A stretch of 64,000 nucleotides of DNA from contig OX597816.1 of assembly GCA_951406725.2 (NCBI GenBank), positions 141,856,001-141,920,000 of the forward strand, read 5' to 3'. The notes under the pieces were generated by a model. The model was not told the origin of the DNA. It was given only the letters and a program-made list of their open reading frames with translations, and ran no database searches. Shown in pieces: positions 40,659-55,082 of the stretch. How positions within the stretch are numbered: the stretch's first letter is position 1; each line of letters opens with the position of its first letter. The translations under genes were made by a program, and so were the position numbers. Source of the DNA: Octopus vulgaris. Lineage: Eukaryota.

Positions 40659-40686
40659 CTTTTATTATAGCTAAAAAATTTTTCAG
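40356..40686 (+). repeat. ~330-bp direct repeat of 27761-28105
   Basis: Both start CAT.TGTGTTGTATGTCATAGGCACATACAC and end ATAGATATACTTTTATTA.AGCT.AAAAATT.TTCAG. Confidence 0.85.
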
Positions 40687-40783
40687 CCTTAATAAAAGAA
40701 AATTACTTTACCACTGGTATTTGAGTACTATTTTTCCACTTTGTTTTGCATATATGTGCTTACTCATAAGCATATAGCATATA

Positions 40784-40859
<76 letters not shown>

Positions 40860-40910
40860 TGTGTGTGTGTATATGTATGTATATATATATATATAATATA
40901 TATATATTGC

Positions 40911-41134
40911 CTTGTGTTCTTGAGCAATACACTTCATTTTTCACATTGTTCTGCAATATTTCATCATCTGACATGTGGCATGTTGTGCACCTGTACAGCT
41001 AATGATGATTTGATGGCAAGGGTGAGCTTATGTGAGCACAAACATTTGATCATTATCGACAAATCATTTGTGTTGTTGTTCAGCAAGAAATTGCAGAGCC
41101 CTCATACATCGTCTAATGACAGGTGGGTCAATGA

Positions 41135-41183
<49 letters not shown>

Positions 41184-41386
41184 TAGACGATGTATGAGGG
41201 CTCTGCAAGTTCTTGCCGAACAACTACACAAATGATTTGTCGATAATGATCAAATTTTTGTGCTCACATAAGCTCACCCTTGCCATCAAATCATCATTAG
41301 CTGTACAGGTGCACAACATGCCACATGTCAGATGATGAAATATTGCAGAACAATGTGAAATGAAGTGTATTGCTCAAGAACACAAG
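40911..41386. repeat. Inverted repeat of a headless SINE-like fragment; arms 40911-41117 and 41182-41386, (TA)n in the loop
   Basis: Arms are ~205-bp near-perfect reverse complements. The outer ends resemble the TTCTTGAGCAA.ACACTTCATTT core of SINE family B. Confidence 0.92.
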
Positions 41387-42561
41387 CTGCATATTAAGTA
41401 TGAAACAGTTACTAAAAGTACTAAAAGAAAGCAATTATTAAAGGGTTGACTATCTGGAAATATTTTTATAAATTCATGTTCTAAGAAATATCCTGTAACT
41501 TCGATTTCTCAAGTTTAATGAATTTTTTAACTCCAATTTCTCATAAATTTAAATATTCATTGCATTCACTGCGAAGTATTCCATTTTCATTTGCAAAGTC
41601 TCTCACATTCTCTTTCAATGTTTTCATTTCAAGTTATAATTCGCTGTTTGGAAAACCGACTGTTTATTCTATTAATGTATACATAATGTAAAAACATTAT
41701 TGAATAAAATTTTTTAATATACCCATATAATTTTTGTAAAAAAACTTTTAAGTGATTTTGTTGTTATGGCTGTTTGGAATGCTATAAGCCTCGCAATAAT
41801 ATCTATCTGGACTGATATTGGCCATTTTCTTTTTAATTTAAAAACCATGGGAGGAGCCTTTTCAGTGTAAAAAAGAAACAAAAATTGTAAATGTTTTCAG
41901 AGGAAAAGGTGAACAATTCAAGGGAAGTCTCACTGTTGTTTCTAGCACAACCCAAACCACCCTCCCTTTTCACTTTCACATGTATTGATGTTTTTCTAAT
42001 AATTTTCTCCCATTAAATATATTTTATGGAATGATGTTGCCGAAGTAAAACACGCATTCTCCATTGGTGGAATATAAGCAACAAAATAAATTACAATTTA
42101 AATTTTTACCTCTACCTCAATCAAGTCTGCAGTGGGAGGATGAGGGAGGGGGATGTAAAAAAAAAAGGAGTTTTGAAACTTTTTTACATATAAAAATGCC
42201 CCGAAAAAATTTTCCCGACAAATTTTTTTATAATTATAATTTATGCTGTTTGAAATGGATTTGTATAAACTTTCATTAAAAAATACTCGTTTTCCTGATA
42301 GTTATGAGGGAAAGAAATCAGATCGTGAGAATTTTTTGAAACTCTTCTTTCCAGCCCCTCAGAAAAATTCTTTCCCATTAATCCCTATATACTCTGAAGC
42401 CACAACATCTAAGTGGGATTTGTAGGGAATTTTGTTAAAAAGTATCCATTTATCTGGATGTTATGAGGCAACAAAGTTGGGGGCATATACATCTGTAGTA
42501 ATGCCCTTTTGTTTATACAATTTTTTCATTTCATATTTATTTCATTCATTGTCTGCAGTGT

Positions 42562-42601
<40 letters not shown>

Positions 42602-43449
42602 ACTCTCTCTCTCTCTCTCTCTCACACACACTGCAAAGCTTACAGATGGGCTGCTGAATTGAAATCTCTATGTTGTTATGAGGGAAGGTAAAACTCAACA
42701 AACTGCTTCTCCTTCTGTGAGATTATGACTGTGATAAAATAATGAAAGCAGTATTTACTAAGCAAGTGAGCACTATTATATAAAGAAATAATTAGACGTA
42801 AAATATAAAAATTATTAGAATCGGGAATCAAATTTGAAACTATTATCAAGGGGATAGCAGAAAACTTCCCGGAGGGCAGTCTTTCTGCTATATAAAAGAT
42901 CCAATACAAGGAAACAAGCTCCTCTTATAGGGATGTAAATCATCCAATTTTCACTGGTTAACTGTTTAATACCCAATATTGTGGAAAAATTTTTCTCCAA
43001 TACAAATGGATATATATAGACAATATACAATAATAAAAGTCTGTTTTACAATTGCAAACTTCTCATATGTGATTTTCGTCCAGTATACCCTGATAAGATT
43101 CTTACTCAAATATTTCAATAATATATATTTTTGGTTTTGAGTTTGAATTGAAACAATTGTAGAGATTATATTTATTTTATATTATAATAATAATATTATA
43201 TTATGTTAATAAATTAACATATGTCAGTTTAAACTCTCTGTTTTCCTTTTATTATTGTATATATATATGTGTGTGTGTATGTGTATAACATAAGAACCTG
43301 AATCCAAGAAGAAAGATGGTGGTTTACATCAACCAAAAAATTGTACTTATTGATTAAGTGTAATGATACATAAATTTGTCTGGTGCTGGTTGAAAACTTT
43401 CTGCTATTTAAGACATGAGCCTTCTTCAAAGAGCAACAAGAGTTGTCAG

Positions 43450-44400
43450 TTTTCCTCTCTGGTATATGACTCTATTTTCTCCCTTCTATCATCATGACAA
43501 CTAGAACTTTTCTGAGACTATGACTGATCAAGGGCTCTTTTAACTTCCATGCTTACCTTCCTCAAATTATCTTTTCTCTCAATCAAGCTCTTAACTCCCA
43601 AATTACTTATTATAAACATATTGCTAATGAAGGCATGTGACTTAGTGTCAGTTAATATATTGTTGGGTTGTACATCTTTCACCAGAAAAAGACTTTACTT
43701 ATACTATTTCCTGATGGCAATTAAGTCTCTCTAGCCTATGTGTTTGTCTGATTTGTAGGTGATCAGGTAGCTGACCGATTTCCTACAGTTCATATTGCAA
43801 ATAGTTTAATCATTTGTATTGCAGGAAACTGGATACATTCCTTGTACCATATCCATAGCCTCCATTTGCAATGGAAAAGTCATCATTAACAGCGAGGCTG
43901 CTGTTATTCACTATTGAGGCAATCTGTAATCTGTTCATTTCCCAGCCCTATTTGTTATGTGTATGCAGAAATAACTTTCTGTGTTGTTTTGTCTATGACC
44001 AGCCTAAGTTTAATTATTTTGTTGCATATTCAGTTATCTTAACCATGCATTTCTTTGCTAACAAAACACCAGTTCCACCTACTCCATTACTATTACCAAC
44101 CTAGAAGTACTTGTACCTTTATTCCTTGCCTGTGAGGTATTTGATGAGGTTCTCCATCATATTGCTTTTTGAATATAGCATATATCTAATTCCTTTGCTC
44201 TGGCATTTCTGTAATCTCTTTTGACCTATCTTTCATCATGTTGACATTAATGATGGCAGCCCTAAGATTTTGAACAGTCAGGAAGAGTAAAGCTTCCAGT
44301 TGTAGGTGGGTGAGCACTGATAGGAAGTGGGTTTTTAGTGAGCTGGTAAGTCGGTATCTATTTTTCGCACTTGAAAAGACGAATGCTTGTGAAAGCAACT
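43450..44400 (-). pseudogene. Decayed RTE LINE 5' region (AP endonuclease)
   Basis: Minus-strand remnants INVNMMKDRSKEITEM, LDICYIQ, GNSNGVGGTGVLL, IIKLRLV and VISAY. Confidence 0.65.
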
Positions 44401-44861
44401 GGTGCACAATACCCCACCACCACCACCACACACACACACACACAAGTGTGTGTTTCCATTTGTGTAAGATAAACTGTGTGTTATAATTTTCATGAGACTA
44501 TTACTCATAGATTTTCTTGTATTTTGTTAACTAAATAGATATAGTTAATTTATATTCATAACAAGCCACATAACTTCATTTTTACTCCAGGAATTCTATC
44601 TAAAATAACCCTTAACTGTTATGTGATATGTATACTTATTACTACTGTTGTATTGCTAAAAGCTTTAAGCATGATAACATTTTACTCATCACAAACTTCT
44701 ACTCACATGTAACATAAATATAAATACCACCTCCTCTTTTTTCTTCCCATTCTTTTTTATTCCTTTTCTCTATTATTCAACTGCTATCAGAATCATATCT
44801 TATAAATCTATTCATATAAACAATTCTCTTTAAAAAATCTAATAAAAAATAGTATAAAAAT

Positions 44862-44894
<33 letters not shown>

Positions 44895-45233
44895 TATATA
44901 TACCTCCTTGAACCTGAGCTACCTGATACATCTGTTGTTCTTCTTGCCATCACACCAACAGTGTTTAATAATCTTCCCAACAACCCTAGCTTTGTTTAAT
45001 ATTTGTTATATAACACCTTTCTCTCATTAATATTCTGCATCCCACTTTAATCATTTCTCCTCAAGAATTCTCTGCTCACCCCCTTGCTCTCTCTCTCTCT
45101 CTCCTTTTTCCTGTCTCCGTATAATGTTTTTATCTAAATACATCAGTCTTACAGTCTGTTCAAACTGAATAACAACATCTGAGATTGCTTAACTTACAAA
45201 AAAAAATCAATGTTTAAAGTAGTTATAGGTTTA

Positions 45234-45295
<62 letters not shown>

Positions 45296-45702
45296 CATCA
45301 TCAACATCATCATCATCATCATCATTTAACATCCCTTTTTCATGCTAGAATGGGTTGGATGGTTTGACAGAAGTGGCAGACTCTGATGTCTGCTTTGGCA
45401 TGGTTTCTACAGCTTGATGCTGTTCATAATGCCAACCACTTGCTTTTTCTTCATACTATCAACACTGATGAGGTTACCAAGTACTCACAAAACAAGACCC
45501 CTCCCTCAACTGAGTGCAATACAATATTGAAGGATGTGAAACAGAGAAACAGGAACAGGTGTCTAAATGAAGTGGTCTATTGAAGAATAGAATTTGGTAA
45601 GAGGGATTTACTCCAAGAGCACACCAAAGCATCACTGCTGCTGATTCATTCCAGAACAAATGTATAAATATATGTTCTAAACATACATTTACAGAGAAAC
45701 AA

Positions 45703-45754
<52 letters not shown>

Positions 45755-46085
45755 TCTTATGCATGTTTCATTCATTTGACTGCAGCCATGCTGGAGCACT
45801 GCCTTTAGTCGAACAAATCGACCCCAGGACTTATTCTTTGTAAGCTTAGTACTTATTCTATCAGTCTCTTTTGCTGAACTGCTAAGTTACAGGGGATGTA
45901 AACACATCAACATCAGTTGTCAAGCAATGGTAGGGGGACAAACAGACACACAAACATAAACATACATATATATATAAACATGAAGAGCTTCTTTCAGTTT
46001 CCATCTACCAAATCCACTCAAAAGGCTTTGCTTAGCCTGAGGCTATAGTAGAAGACACTTGCCCAAATACACACACACACACATA

Positions 46086-47130
46086 TGACAGGAGTTAACA
46101 GACACCCCATAAAACATCATTTTATGTTTATTCTAGCTTGTAAAGGTTTATATTTATTATTAATTGACATTTTTATGCTTCAAGTTCTATAAAATTGCAG
46201 AAAACCTTGGGATCACACTTTCTACAGTTAATAGAGTGATTGTGCAATTCACCAGAGAGGGGAAGGAGTCACATCACCTTGCCCAGATCAACCAGGGTCC
46301 TCTGACTGGTTCCTTCTCTTTGTTAAGGGAAATGTGGAGGATAATCCTTGTTGCAATGCTTCTGACATAGCATAACAAGTTGATGTCAGTCCCAGAACAG
46401 CTGTCAGGTATCTCCACAAACTTGGTTACTATGACAGAGCAGCAAGAAGGAAGCCACTCCTTCGATCAGCCAACATCAAGTGGAGAAACGATTGAGCCAG
46501 TGAGACAGTGGAGAGGCCACTAACATTTTGGGACACTGTCATATTCTCTGAGGAGTCCAGATTTGCTGTATTTCCTGACAGTGGTTGAGTGCGTGTCTGG
46601 AGACTCTGTAATCAAGAATTTGATGTGAAAAAAGATTGCAGCCAACAATGAAACATGGCAGCTATTATGTGATGGTCTGGGAGCAATGGTTGATCAGAAC
46701 TGGTGGAGTGTGATGGAAACTTAAACTCAGGTATAAATGTGTCCATTTTGCAGAAAGGACTCCTTCCAGTCTCCTGCACTGGTGAAATGATTAAAGAAGA
46801 CTCTTTATTTATGGAAGATGGGGATCCTGGTCACAATGCTAAAATGATCCAAGATTTGTTGGATGGGAATGGCATTAAAAAGCTTCCATGGCCAAGCCAG
46901 TCACCAGATATGAACCTTATTGAACACCTCTGGGACATAATGGACAGGACACATCATAAATAGAAGAAGAAAGCATCTTCAAAGCCAGATCTTTTGAGAT
47001 TGCTACTTGGCAAGAAATTCCGCAAGAGAATATTCATCATCTGATCACTAACATGCCCAATAGGGTCCTTGCATTGAAAAATGAGAAGAGCATGTCTACT
47101 AAATATTATATGCTAAATGATTTGAATGTT
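46086..47130 (+). mobile_element. Decayed Tc1-family (DD34E) transposon
   Basis: [16 protein letters not shown] (HTH), VIFSEESRF, FMEDGDPGH and WPSQSPDMNLIEHLW. N-terminal deletion near 46185. Confidence 0.88.
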
Positions 47131-47281
47131 AGGAAAAGCATCCAGTTATAGAAACCATGCGACATCAAACTGGAATCTGGTGTAACTTCCCAACTTGCCA
47201 GTTCTAGTCAAACCATCCAAACCATGCCAGCATGGACAAGACATTAAATGATGATGATGATAATGATGATACATACATATG

Positions 47282-47358
<77 letters not shown>

Positions 47359-48045
47359 AGGCACGTGGCTTAGTGGTTAGGGTGTTGAACTCATGATCGT
47401 AAGGTTTTGGTTTCGATTCCTGGACTAAGCGTTGCATTGTTTTCTTGAGCAAAACACTTTATTTCCTGTTGCTCCAGTCCACTCAGGTGGCAAAAATGAG
47501 TAACGCTGCAATGGACTGTTGTTCCATCCAGCTGGGGAACACATACGCCATTGAAACTGGGAAACCAGGCCCATGAGCCTGGCTAGGCTTTAAAAGGGTG
47601 CATTTATTTATTTATATATAATATATGATGGGCTTCTTTCAGTTTCTGTCTACTAAGTCTGCTGACAAGGCTTTGATCAGCCTAGATCTATAGTAAAAGC
47701 ACATGTCCAAGGTGCCATGCAGAGGGACTGAACTCAGAACCATATAGCTGGGAAGCACATTTCTTACCACACAGCTGAGTGTGTGTGTGTATGTGTGAAT
47801 TTATATAAGTATATATATATTCATATTTGTATATATGTATATATATATTGATATATTTTAATATAATCTGGTTAAAAAAAACCTTGTAGTGTGCTTTACA
47901 AATCTCTTCTACAGGTATTGGCTACCAAATGTTATCATACAGTGATACATCTCCTGTCACTGTATATGCATGGGAAATTCATAAATATCCCTAGAGTTTA
48001 TACAAAAATTAATAAGAAAAAATAGAGTGATATGGCTTATTATAT

Positions 48046-48158
48046 ACCATTACAATTGTTTCAACACATCACTACCAGCTGTTCATTGCTGAATGTTAAA
48101 TGCATTGTGTTAATCATTGCTATTCAGCAATACTGGGAGATGCAGTTTCTTAAATGAT
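48046..48158 (-). ncRNA. Decayed long-stem-II hammerhead-like motif
   Basis: Minus strand atcat-(T)TAAGA-aac..attgctgaat..attcagcaat..gtt-GAAAC-aatt-GTA-atggt. The CUGA core is damaged. Confidence 0.45.
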
Positions 48159-49559
48159 TATGGTAAAAAAAAACAATGTTGAATTAGAATTTCATTTCAA
48201 CTTAAAATATATCCACACCAAAATACTGCTTTTAACAATCTATACACAAAAACTAAACAACAAAATGCAAATAAAAACAAAGCAAAACACTAAGCAAAGA
48301 ACAAAAAACATCATACTTGTTTAACCATAAACCACAACCTTATCGTCCTCAGCCACAATAGGAAAAATAGGAATAAACATTAAAAGATAAGAATAATATA
48401 TATATGTATGTGTGTGCCTATGTGTGTGCATGTGTGGTTGTGTGTGGTGTGTGTGTGTGTGTGTTTATGTGTGTTTGTGTGTATCTGTGCCTGTGTGGGT
48501 GTGCATGCACGTGTGTGTGTGTGGGTGTGTGTATACACACACACAGTTTGTGTATTATATACTTCAAAATAACCTATGCATAAATCTATAGGTTGATTTG
48601 TAGTTGTTAAATCAGAAACAGGTCACTAGTCGTAGGAAATTAAATGCTTGTTTGTGGAGATAAAAACAGTAATGGTTTATATCTAAAATGCAGAAATGCT
48701 TTTACTTATTACAAGTCACCAAAGAATAGATCTCTTCTGGTCTGATTTATAGAGTAATGTAATAAAGAAATTACACAGCACATGGTTTGTGAGGACAGGG
48801 TAATTCAACTGAAAATAAAACAGGTCTTAATTCAGAAAACCAATCAAGGCAAAATTTACAAGTATTTGTGCAGTAGAAAAAGTATTATGGAAAGTATACA
48901 TAAGTGTTTTCTTGTTTTATAAAGTCTTTTGAGAGAAAGAAAATGAGAGGGAGAGAGAGAGAGGGAGGGGGAAAGAGAGAGAGAAAGAGAAAGAGAGAGA
49001 GAGGTGGGGAAGATGATGTGTGGCTGGGTTGGTTGCAAGAGAGCATGGGAGGATAGTGGTAGGCATAGTGCATAGGGAATGTAATAGATGTATTATGGTG
49101 GAGAATGTGAGCTAACTTGCTGGAGAAGGAGGGTGATCAACGTAAAATATGGGTGGAGAAGACAGTATTAAGAATAAAGAATGGATATCAAGTGAAATGG
49201 TTCCTGCTAGTGAGGAAGACAGATGTCATACAAACATACAGGTTGACAGTATCCTTGAGAATCCTTACACTGAAAAATGACCAAACAACAATGTATGGTT
49301 AATTATTTGCAGGGTTTTGTTTTTATTAACTTTTGGCAAAAGAAAATGAAAAAAAATTATTACTTTTTTTAATTATATTTCTTTTCTAATGCATTTTCTT
49401 AAAATCCTTACTAAGGAAGAATCAATTAATCAAAAGGAATAGTCTAGGGATGTTGTAGTTGCACAGCAAGTGATACAACCAACTCCTTCTGTGTTTCTCA
49501 GTCAGCTGTCAGCCTCATGATTTCTACCATTTTTCCTCATCCATTCATTGATGTTGCTT

Positions 49560-50179
49560 GACCTCTTTCATCATGAACATCATATACCCCAACAAACTTG
49601 TTATGCATGTCTATTTTAGCTACAGCTATTATATCATTGTATCATATTACAGAAACAAAACACTTTAATTTCTATTTTTTGACAATTGACAGAAAAGCTT
49701 TGTCTTTTGTAATCTCATCAAGAATTTATTCAGAAGTTGTTGCTTTGTACCCTAAGTTGGACTGTTCTAGCAGATGTATGATTGAAGGTGTTTCAGTTAT
49801 GACTAGTCTATTTCATATTTTAGACTCTGTAATCCAAAGTATATTTTTTTAAAAGAAAGTAAGAAGTGATTTTGCCTTGTGTAATTTACTTGACATGCAA
49901 GAGACCAGCTTGAACTGAAGCCTCAAAACATTTGAAAGCATTTTCAAAACATCTATTTCAGTCAACACAGCTAGCTTTCTATAGGACATGTATAGAGAAC
50001 GGAAATCCTCCTTCAAACTGTAGTTTGAAATTTCTGATAAATTTGCAGATTTTCTGTTTATTTGAACAACAATTCCATTATGGGGTTCCTTTTGCAATTT
50101 TTAAATTGCTGCTGTCCATAGAAATGTTTCCGAAGTTAAATGCCTGGATTATTTTATCCCAACTGATCTACTTCCTCTC

Positions 50180-50220
<41 letters not shown>

Positions 50221-51860
50221 ATACATATATACATGCATGCATGCATACATCCATACATCCATCCATACATACATACATACAGTCAGTTGCTCATTAGTCT
50301 GAAAGAAGTACACTCTAAAATAATCTTAAAATTTGATGTAGTTGTTGGTTATAGCAGGTCAGAAAGTTACCATTGGTTTCATGCCAATTATGTTCTCAAC
50401 AATATCAGCAATTCATCAGACCTGCTGGCCAAAGGCACATATCCCTTATACCAATGGCCAACTAACAGTCCAACAGTCTTGCTCAACTAGGGTTCTGAAA
50501 AAAAACAAACTTCAAAGTAAAATTCCTTCTGGGTGAAATGGAATTATCTCCATTTGACCTAGGGGCCTTGTTAAATTCCAAAAGTGAGATGTTTAGTCAG
50601 TGCCTTCATGACAGAAAATTCATGTGGTAGACATGGAATTCCCTGCTTGCTGACTAGCAAATGGAAAACGTACATAAACTGACCCTTTTCAGATACAGAT
50701 GGATATCAATAAGGACAGGCTGAGGGGAAAGTGAATATGGGAAAGCTGATGGGAAAAATTCAGTTTTTAAATGATTCACTTGATAACCAAACCAAGAATA
50801 GGCACTGTCCATTGAGTTCATCATGTGTTGATGAGTCATGAGGGTATGAGATGGTGCAGCTGAATCATTACCATACTGAATCTTGTACACAGGGTTTTTG
50901 ATGTGGTTTTCAGGCAGTGAGTGTTAAAGATGATACCATCATGGCAATACCTGATACAAATTTGATCTTTTTTGGCGAACTGTCTCCTGGAAGAAAGGGT
51001 TACAGCCATAGGGTAAATGTTAAACAGCAGAGAGGTAAAGATGCATCGACCTGGACATCAAGAGGTTCTGAGGTTTCACTGTCTGTTGTCACTCTTCCTT
51101 GCATACCACTATGAATTTTCTAGATAATTGAAAGACATGTTGGTGAATTGCCAAATTTCTGAATCAGGTGCCACAATATAGGACAATTGACTGTGTCAAA
51201 TACCTTTGTAGGGTCTATGAATGCATAACATATGTTTCCCTACTATTCAGGACACTTTTCAAGGAGACGACAGTTTACAAATACCATGTCAAAAGTACTT
51301 CTTTCTGGTCAAAATCCACATTGAAATTCAGGTATAATCAGGTTGCTATCACGAAGTAGAAGATGATGTTCATGCAGTCTCACTCGAAGTTCTGTCATCT
51401 TAGTTGCAATGGAGGCCTTCACAGTGAAGGTCACTCCATCAGTTCTATCTTTGTCAAAGGGATAAACATCTAGAAGCATGTTTATCCCTTTCCCTGTTCA
51501 ATGAGAGAGCCTTCCTCAGAGAAGTGTGACTCACTAAGAGCTGTTATGTCAATGTCGTGATATTTCAAATGAAATTCAACCAAAGCAGTCCTTCAATGAG
51601 GTCATTCTCAGTTAGAAAGGTCAAATAAGTTTCTAACATTCCAGGAAGCAATTAACAGCTTCTTGAAGTTTTGACCACATTTGACCACCTGATCAGGTAG
51701 AATGAGGCTAGCTTTATTTGGGCCACCTTTTCTAGGCCTTTCTTCAGACTGAGGTAGGCAGTATTTTCCCTGAATAAGGACTACCTTGACACATGACCAG
51801 GACCAAAGAAGTCTGTTGTCCCCAGGTGCAGATTTCAGCAATCATCTTACTCATGCTGTT
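49560..51860 (-). pseudogene. Highly decayed RTE (BovB-like) LINE
   Basis: Minus strand LIASWNVRNL..RTALV..DIDITALSE (AP endonuclease N-terminus, ~51535-51660), with RT-like remnants at ~50650-50950. Confidence 0.6.
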
Positions 51861-52744
51861 ACTGTGCAAGCTTTGACTAGAGGCTTCCATCATCACCCTT
51901 GCTTGCCTCCATCACCAGCTGCTCATCACTAATTGGACTTGGGAGTAGAAAAAAATTAAAGAAGAGAAGGAAAATCAAAGAAGAAGGCTGAAATTGACAC
52001 TGCTTGGATAGCAGTGGTGTTTGTCTATGTCTTGCAGCTTGGCAATTAACCCTTGATGACGAGCTGAATAATGCAGCTTACTTTGAAAGCAAATATAAGC
52101 TGGCTTTAGAAGGGGCACCCAACCATTAAAGTATTGTCTACCAATGCCACCATAGAAAAATGCAGACATATAAACGTTGGTGCTGATAATACAAATGAAA
52201 GGTCTCATATTGGAAACTCTGTGTAGTCATGGAAGAAATCATCAGCTGTTTACTGAGTAAATGGAGTAGTTTTTCTTCCTTTTGTATTAAAAAAATGTAT
52301 GTACGTATGTACATGTGTATAAATACATGTATGTCATTATTCAGTTTTATTTCAAGATTCCTGGCCTGTAGAGAAAGTGTCAGTTTGTAACCTAGATCCA
52401 AAGTTCCTTCATTAGAATTTCAACAACATTAACAGGGTACTTTTGCGTGTATGTGCGTGTATGTGTGTGTATGTGCAGTATTTGGAGTCAGTGCATGTTT
52501 TATTTTATGTATATATTCTCATGCATATAGTTGCATTACTAGACATACACATATATACTTAAATATATACATAAATGATAAACTCAAGAAAAGTTTTGCA
52601 AATTTTTACAGTTCCAGGGATGACTTGAACCTGTAGTCTTCAAATCAACTTTTTCCTTTACAGTTTTGAGAAGCTTAATTTCTCAAGATTGGTATTTAGT
52701 CAGTGCTTTACATATCCCAGTGCCCCAGTGGTATGCATGTATGC

Positions 52745-52775
<31 letters not shown>

Positions 52776-53629
52776 TGTATGTATGTATGTATGGCTGGCT
52801 GGATGGATGGAAGGATGTATGTATGCATGCATGCATGCATGCATGCATGTATGTATGTATGTATGTATGTATGTATGTATGTATGTATGCATGTATGTGT
52901 GTCTGTCTGTCTGTCTGTCTATCTGTCTGTGTGTCTGTATGTAAATATGTATGTCTGTATAACTGTATGTATGTATGTATGCATGCATGTATATATGTAT
53001 ATATGTATGTATTTATGTATGTCTGTTTGAATTACGTCTGTCTGTCTGTCTGTATGTATGTTTGTATTTGTGCATGTGCGGGCATGCATGCATATGTGTG
53101 TATGTTTGTCTGTCTTTATGCATGTATGTATGTCTGTCTGTATGAATGTCTGTATGATTGTATGTGTATGTATGCACGCATGCATGTATGCATGTGTACT
53201 CTTTGTATGTCTGTGCATATGGATGTCTGTATGTATGAATGTATGTATGTCTGTGTGTATGCATATATGTCTGCATATCTGTATGTCCATATATATATAT
53301 GTCTATCTGTCTGTCTGTATGAATATATGTATGTCTATATGTATGTATCAAAAGGATCAAAGGTCCTTCTTGAGCTATGGGCTCATAACACTAGAGTCCC
53401 GGATTCTGTGGCATTTACAAAACTCCACTGGACAGGATGCTAGTCTGTCAAGATTATTCATTTTTACCAGCTGACTGAAATGGGGCAACATGAAATGAAG
53501 TGTTTTGCTCAAGAACACAACACACTGCCTGGTCTAGGAATTGAAACCACAATCTTATGATCATGGGTGCAACACCCTAACCACTAAGCCATGTACCTCC
53601 ACTCACACACGCACATATGCATTTATTGA

Positions 53630-53826
53630 TTTCAAATTTTGACACAAGGCCAGGAATTTCAGGTAGGGAGTAAGTCAATTACATAGACTCCTGTGTTCAA
53701 CTGGTATTTATTTTATTGACCCTGAAAGAATGAAAGGTAAAGTTGACCTCAGCAGAATTTGAACTCAGAACATAAAGATGGGACAAAATGCCTGATGTGC
53801 TAATGATTCTGCCAGCTCACCACCTG
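53630..53826 (-). mobile_element. tRNA-derived SINE family C
   Basis: Minus-strand head AGGTGGTGAGCTGGCAGAATC...GAGTTCAAATTC. Paralogue at 61565-61750. Confidence 0.7.
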
Positions 53827-53963
53827 CATACATATATATAACACATGCATACAAACACACACATTGTTTTATACAATTATTTACACAGGTATACATACAT
53901 AATGCTGTAGGTTGTAAGAAGAATGTAATTTTACTTAATTCCTATGTCTATTTTTACAGAAGG

Positions 53964-54020
<57 letters not shown>

Positions 54021-54721
54021 AGGGGAGAGAAAGACAGAGAAAGACAGAGAGAGAACTGAGGAAAGCTATGAATAGGTAAGGGATGTATGCTGAAGTTTGA
54101 AAATAGCAACTTTTCAGTGAAGAACAAATGAGTTTGGAAATTCGTAGGCAGCAAGAGAATCAGATTACATTTCTGTGAGACTGACAGTCCTAGTAAAGCT
54201 CTATCACCTGCAATAGTCATTGCATGGTTAATTTTAGTGATGCTTTACTTTTTTCCCCGCCTTCTCTAAGAACTGTACTTCATGGCAGTAGGACCTGTTG
54301 CACACCAAAGATTTATCAAGCAGCAAAATCTAGATGTAAAGTTCTAATTTCGGTAAGTAAAAAATTTCTAAATTGCACTTTTAGGAAAATTAAATCTACT
54401 CTTCAAATCTGTTAAATCTTGCAAGAATTTATTTGTTTTTAATGTTTTGAAAATTCACTGTATTCAATGAGATATGAAAGTTCTTTGAAAATGTTTAGCA
54501 TTTCATAAGATATAAGCAACAATTCTAAAAGCAAGACTAATTCAATTCATTTGCATCTTTTTGTTCTTAAATGAAAAGTCTAGCTAATTTTCCTGATATT
54601 ACCTGAACAATATGGAACTTTCTTCTTTGCTAGTATTAACACAACTTTTAAACAGTAATATGACTCAACAGGTTGTTTAGCACACGGATGTACACTCACA
54701 TACATACTCTCTCTCTCCCTC

Positions 54722-54763
<42 letters not shown>

Positions 54764-54856
54764 TTTCCACTCCCTTTTTCTTCTCTCTCTCTCTCTCTCC
54801 ACACACACACACTCACACATATATCCATAACAATATGTGTGTGTATATATATATAT

Positions 54857-54904
<48 letters not shown>

Positions 54905-54906
54905 AT

Positions 54907-54947
<41 letters not shown>

Positions 54948-55047
54948 TTTTCAAAATATATATACTTTTTCAAAATGTGACCTTGTGTGTACCGTTGGCG
55001 ATTTTTTTTCCTCTGTCTTCCTTTCTCTGGATCTTTCCTTCTCCTAT

Positions 55048-55082
55048 GTTTCCGACGAAGAGCTCCGCTCGAAACGTTAAAC
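55048..55082 (+). ncRNA. Minimal type I hammerhead ribozyme, CCGACGA core variant, within a (TA)n-flanked element at ~54945-55180
   Basis: gttt-CCGACGA-a-gagc(tcc)gctc-GAAAC-GTT-aaac, with a palindromic stem III (AACGTT). A decayed sibling lies at ~55295-55328. Confidence 0.65.

Noticed and set aside
25223-41186. Many long Y/I/H/T/C/V/M-rich ORFs
   Set aside because: They are translations of (TA)n, (CA)n and (TACA)n microsatellites, which lack stop codons in most frames.
43393-43433. Possible HHR remnant on the minus strand (also ~52603-52648)
   Set aside because: The core is mutated and stem I is not convincing.
54150-54420. Complex unique sequence with short ORFs
   Set aside because: No recognisable motifs or supported splice structure.
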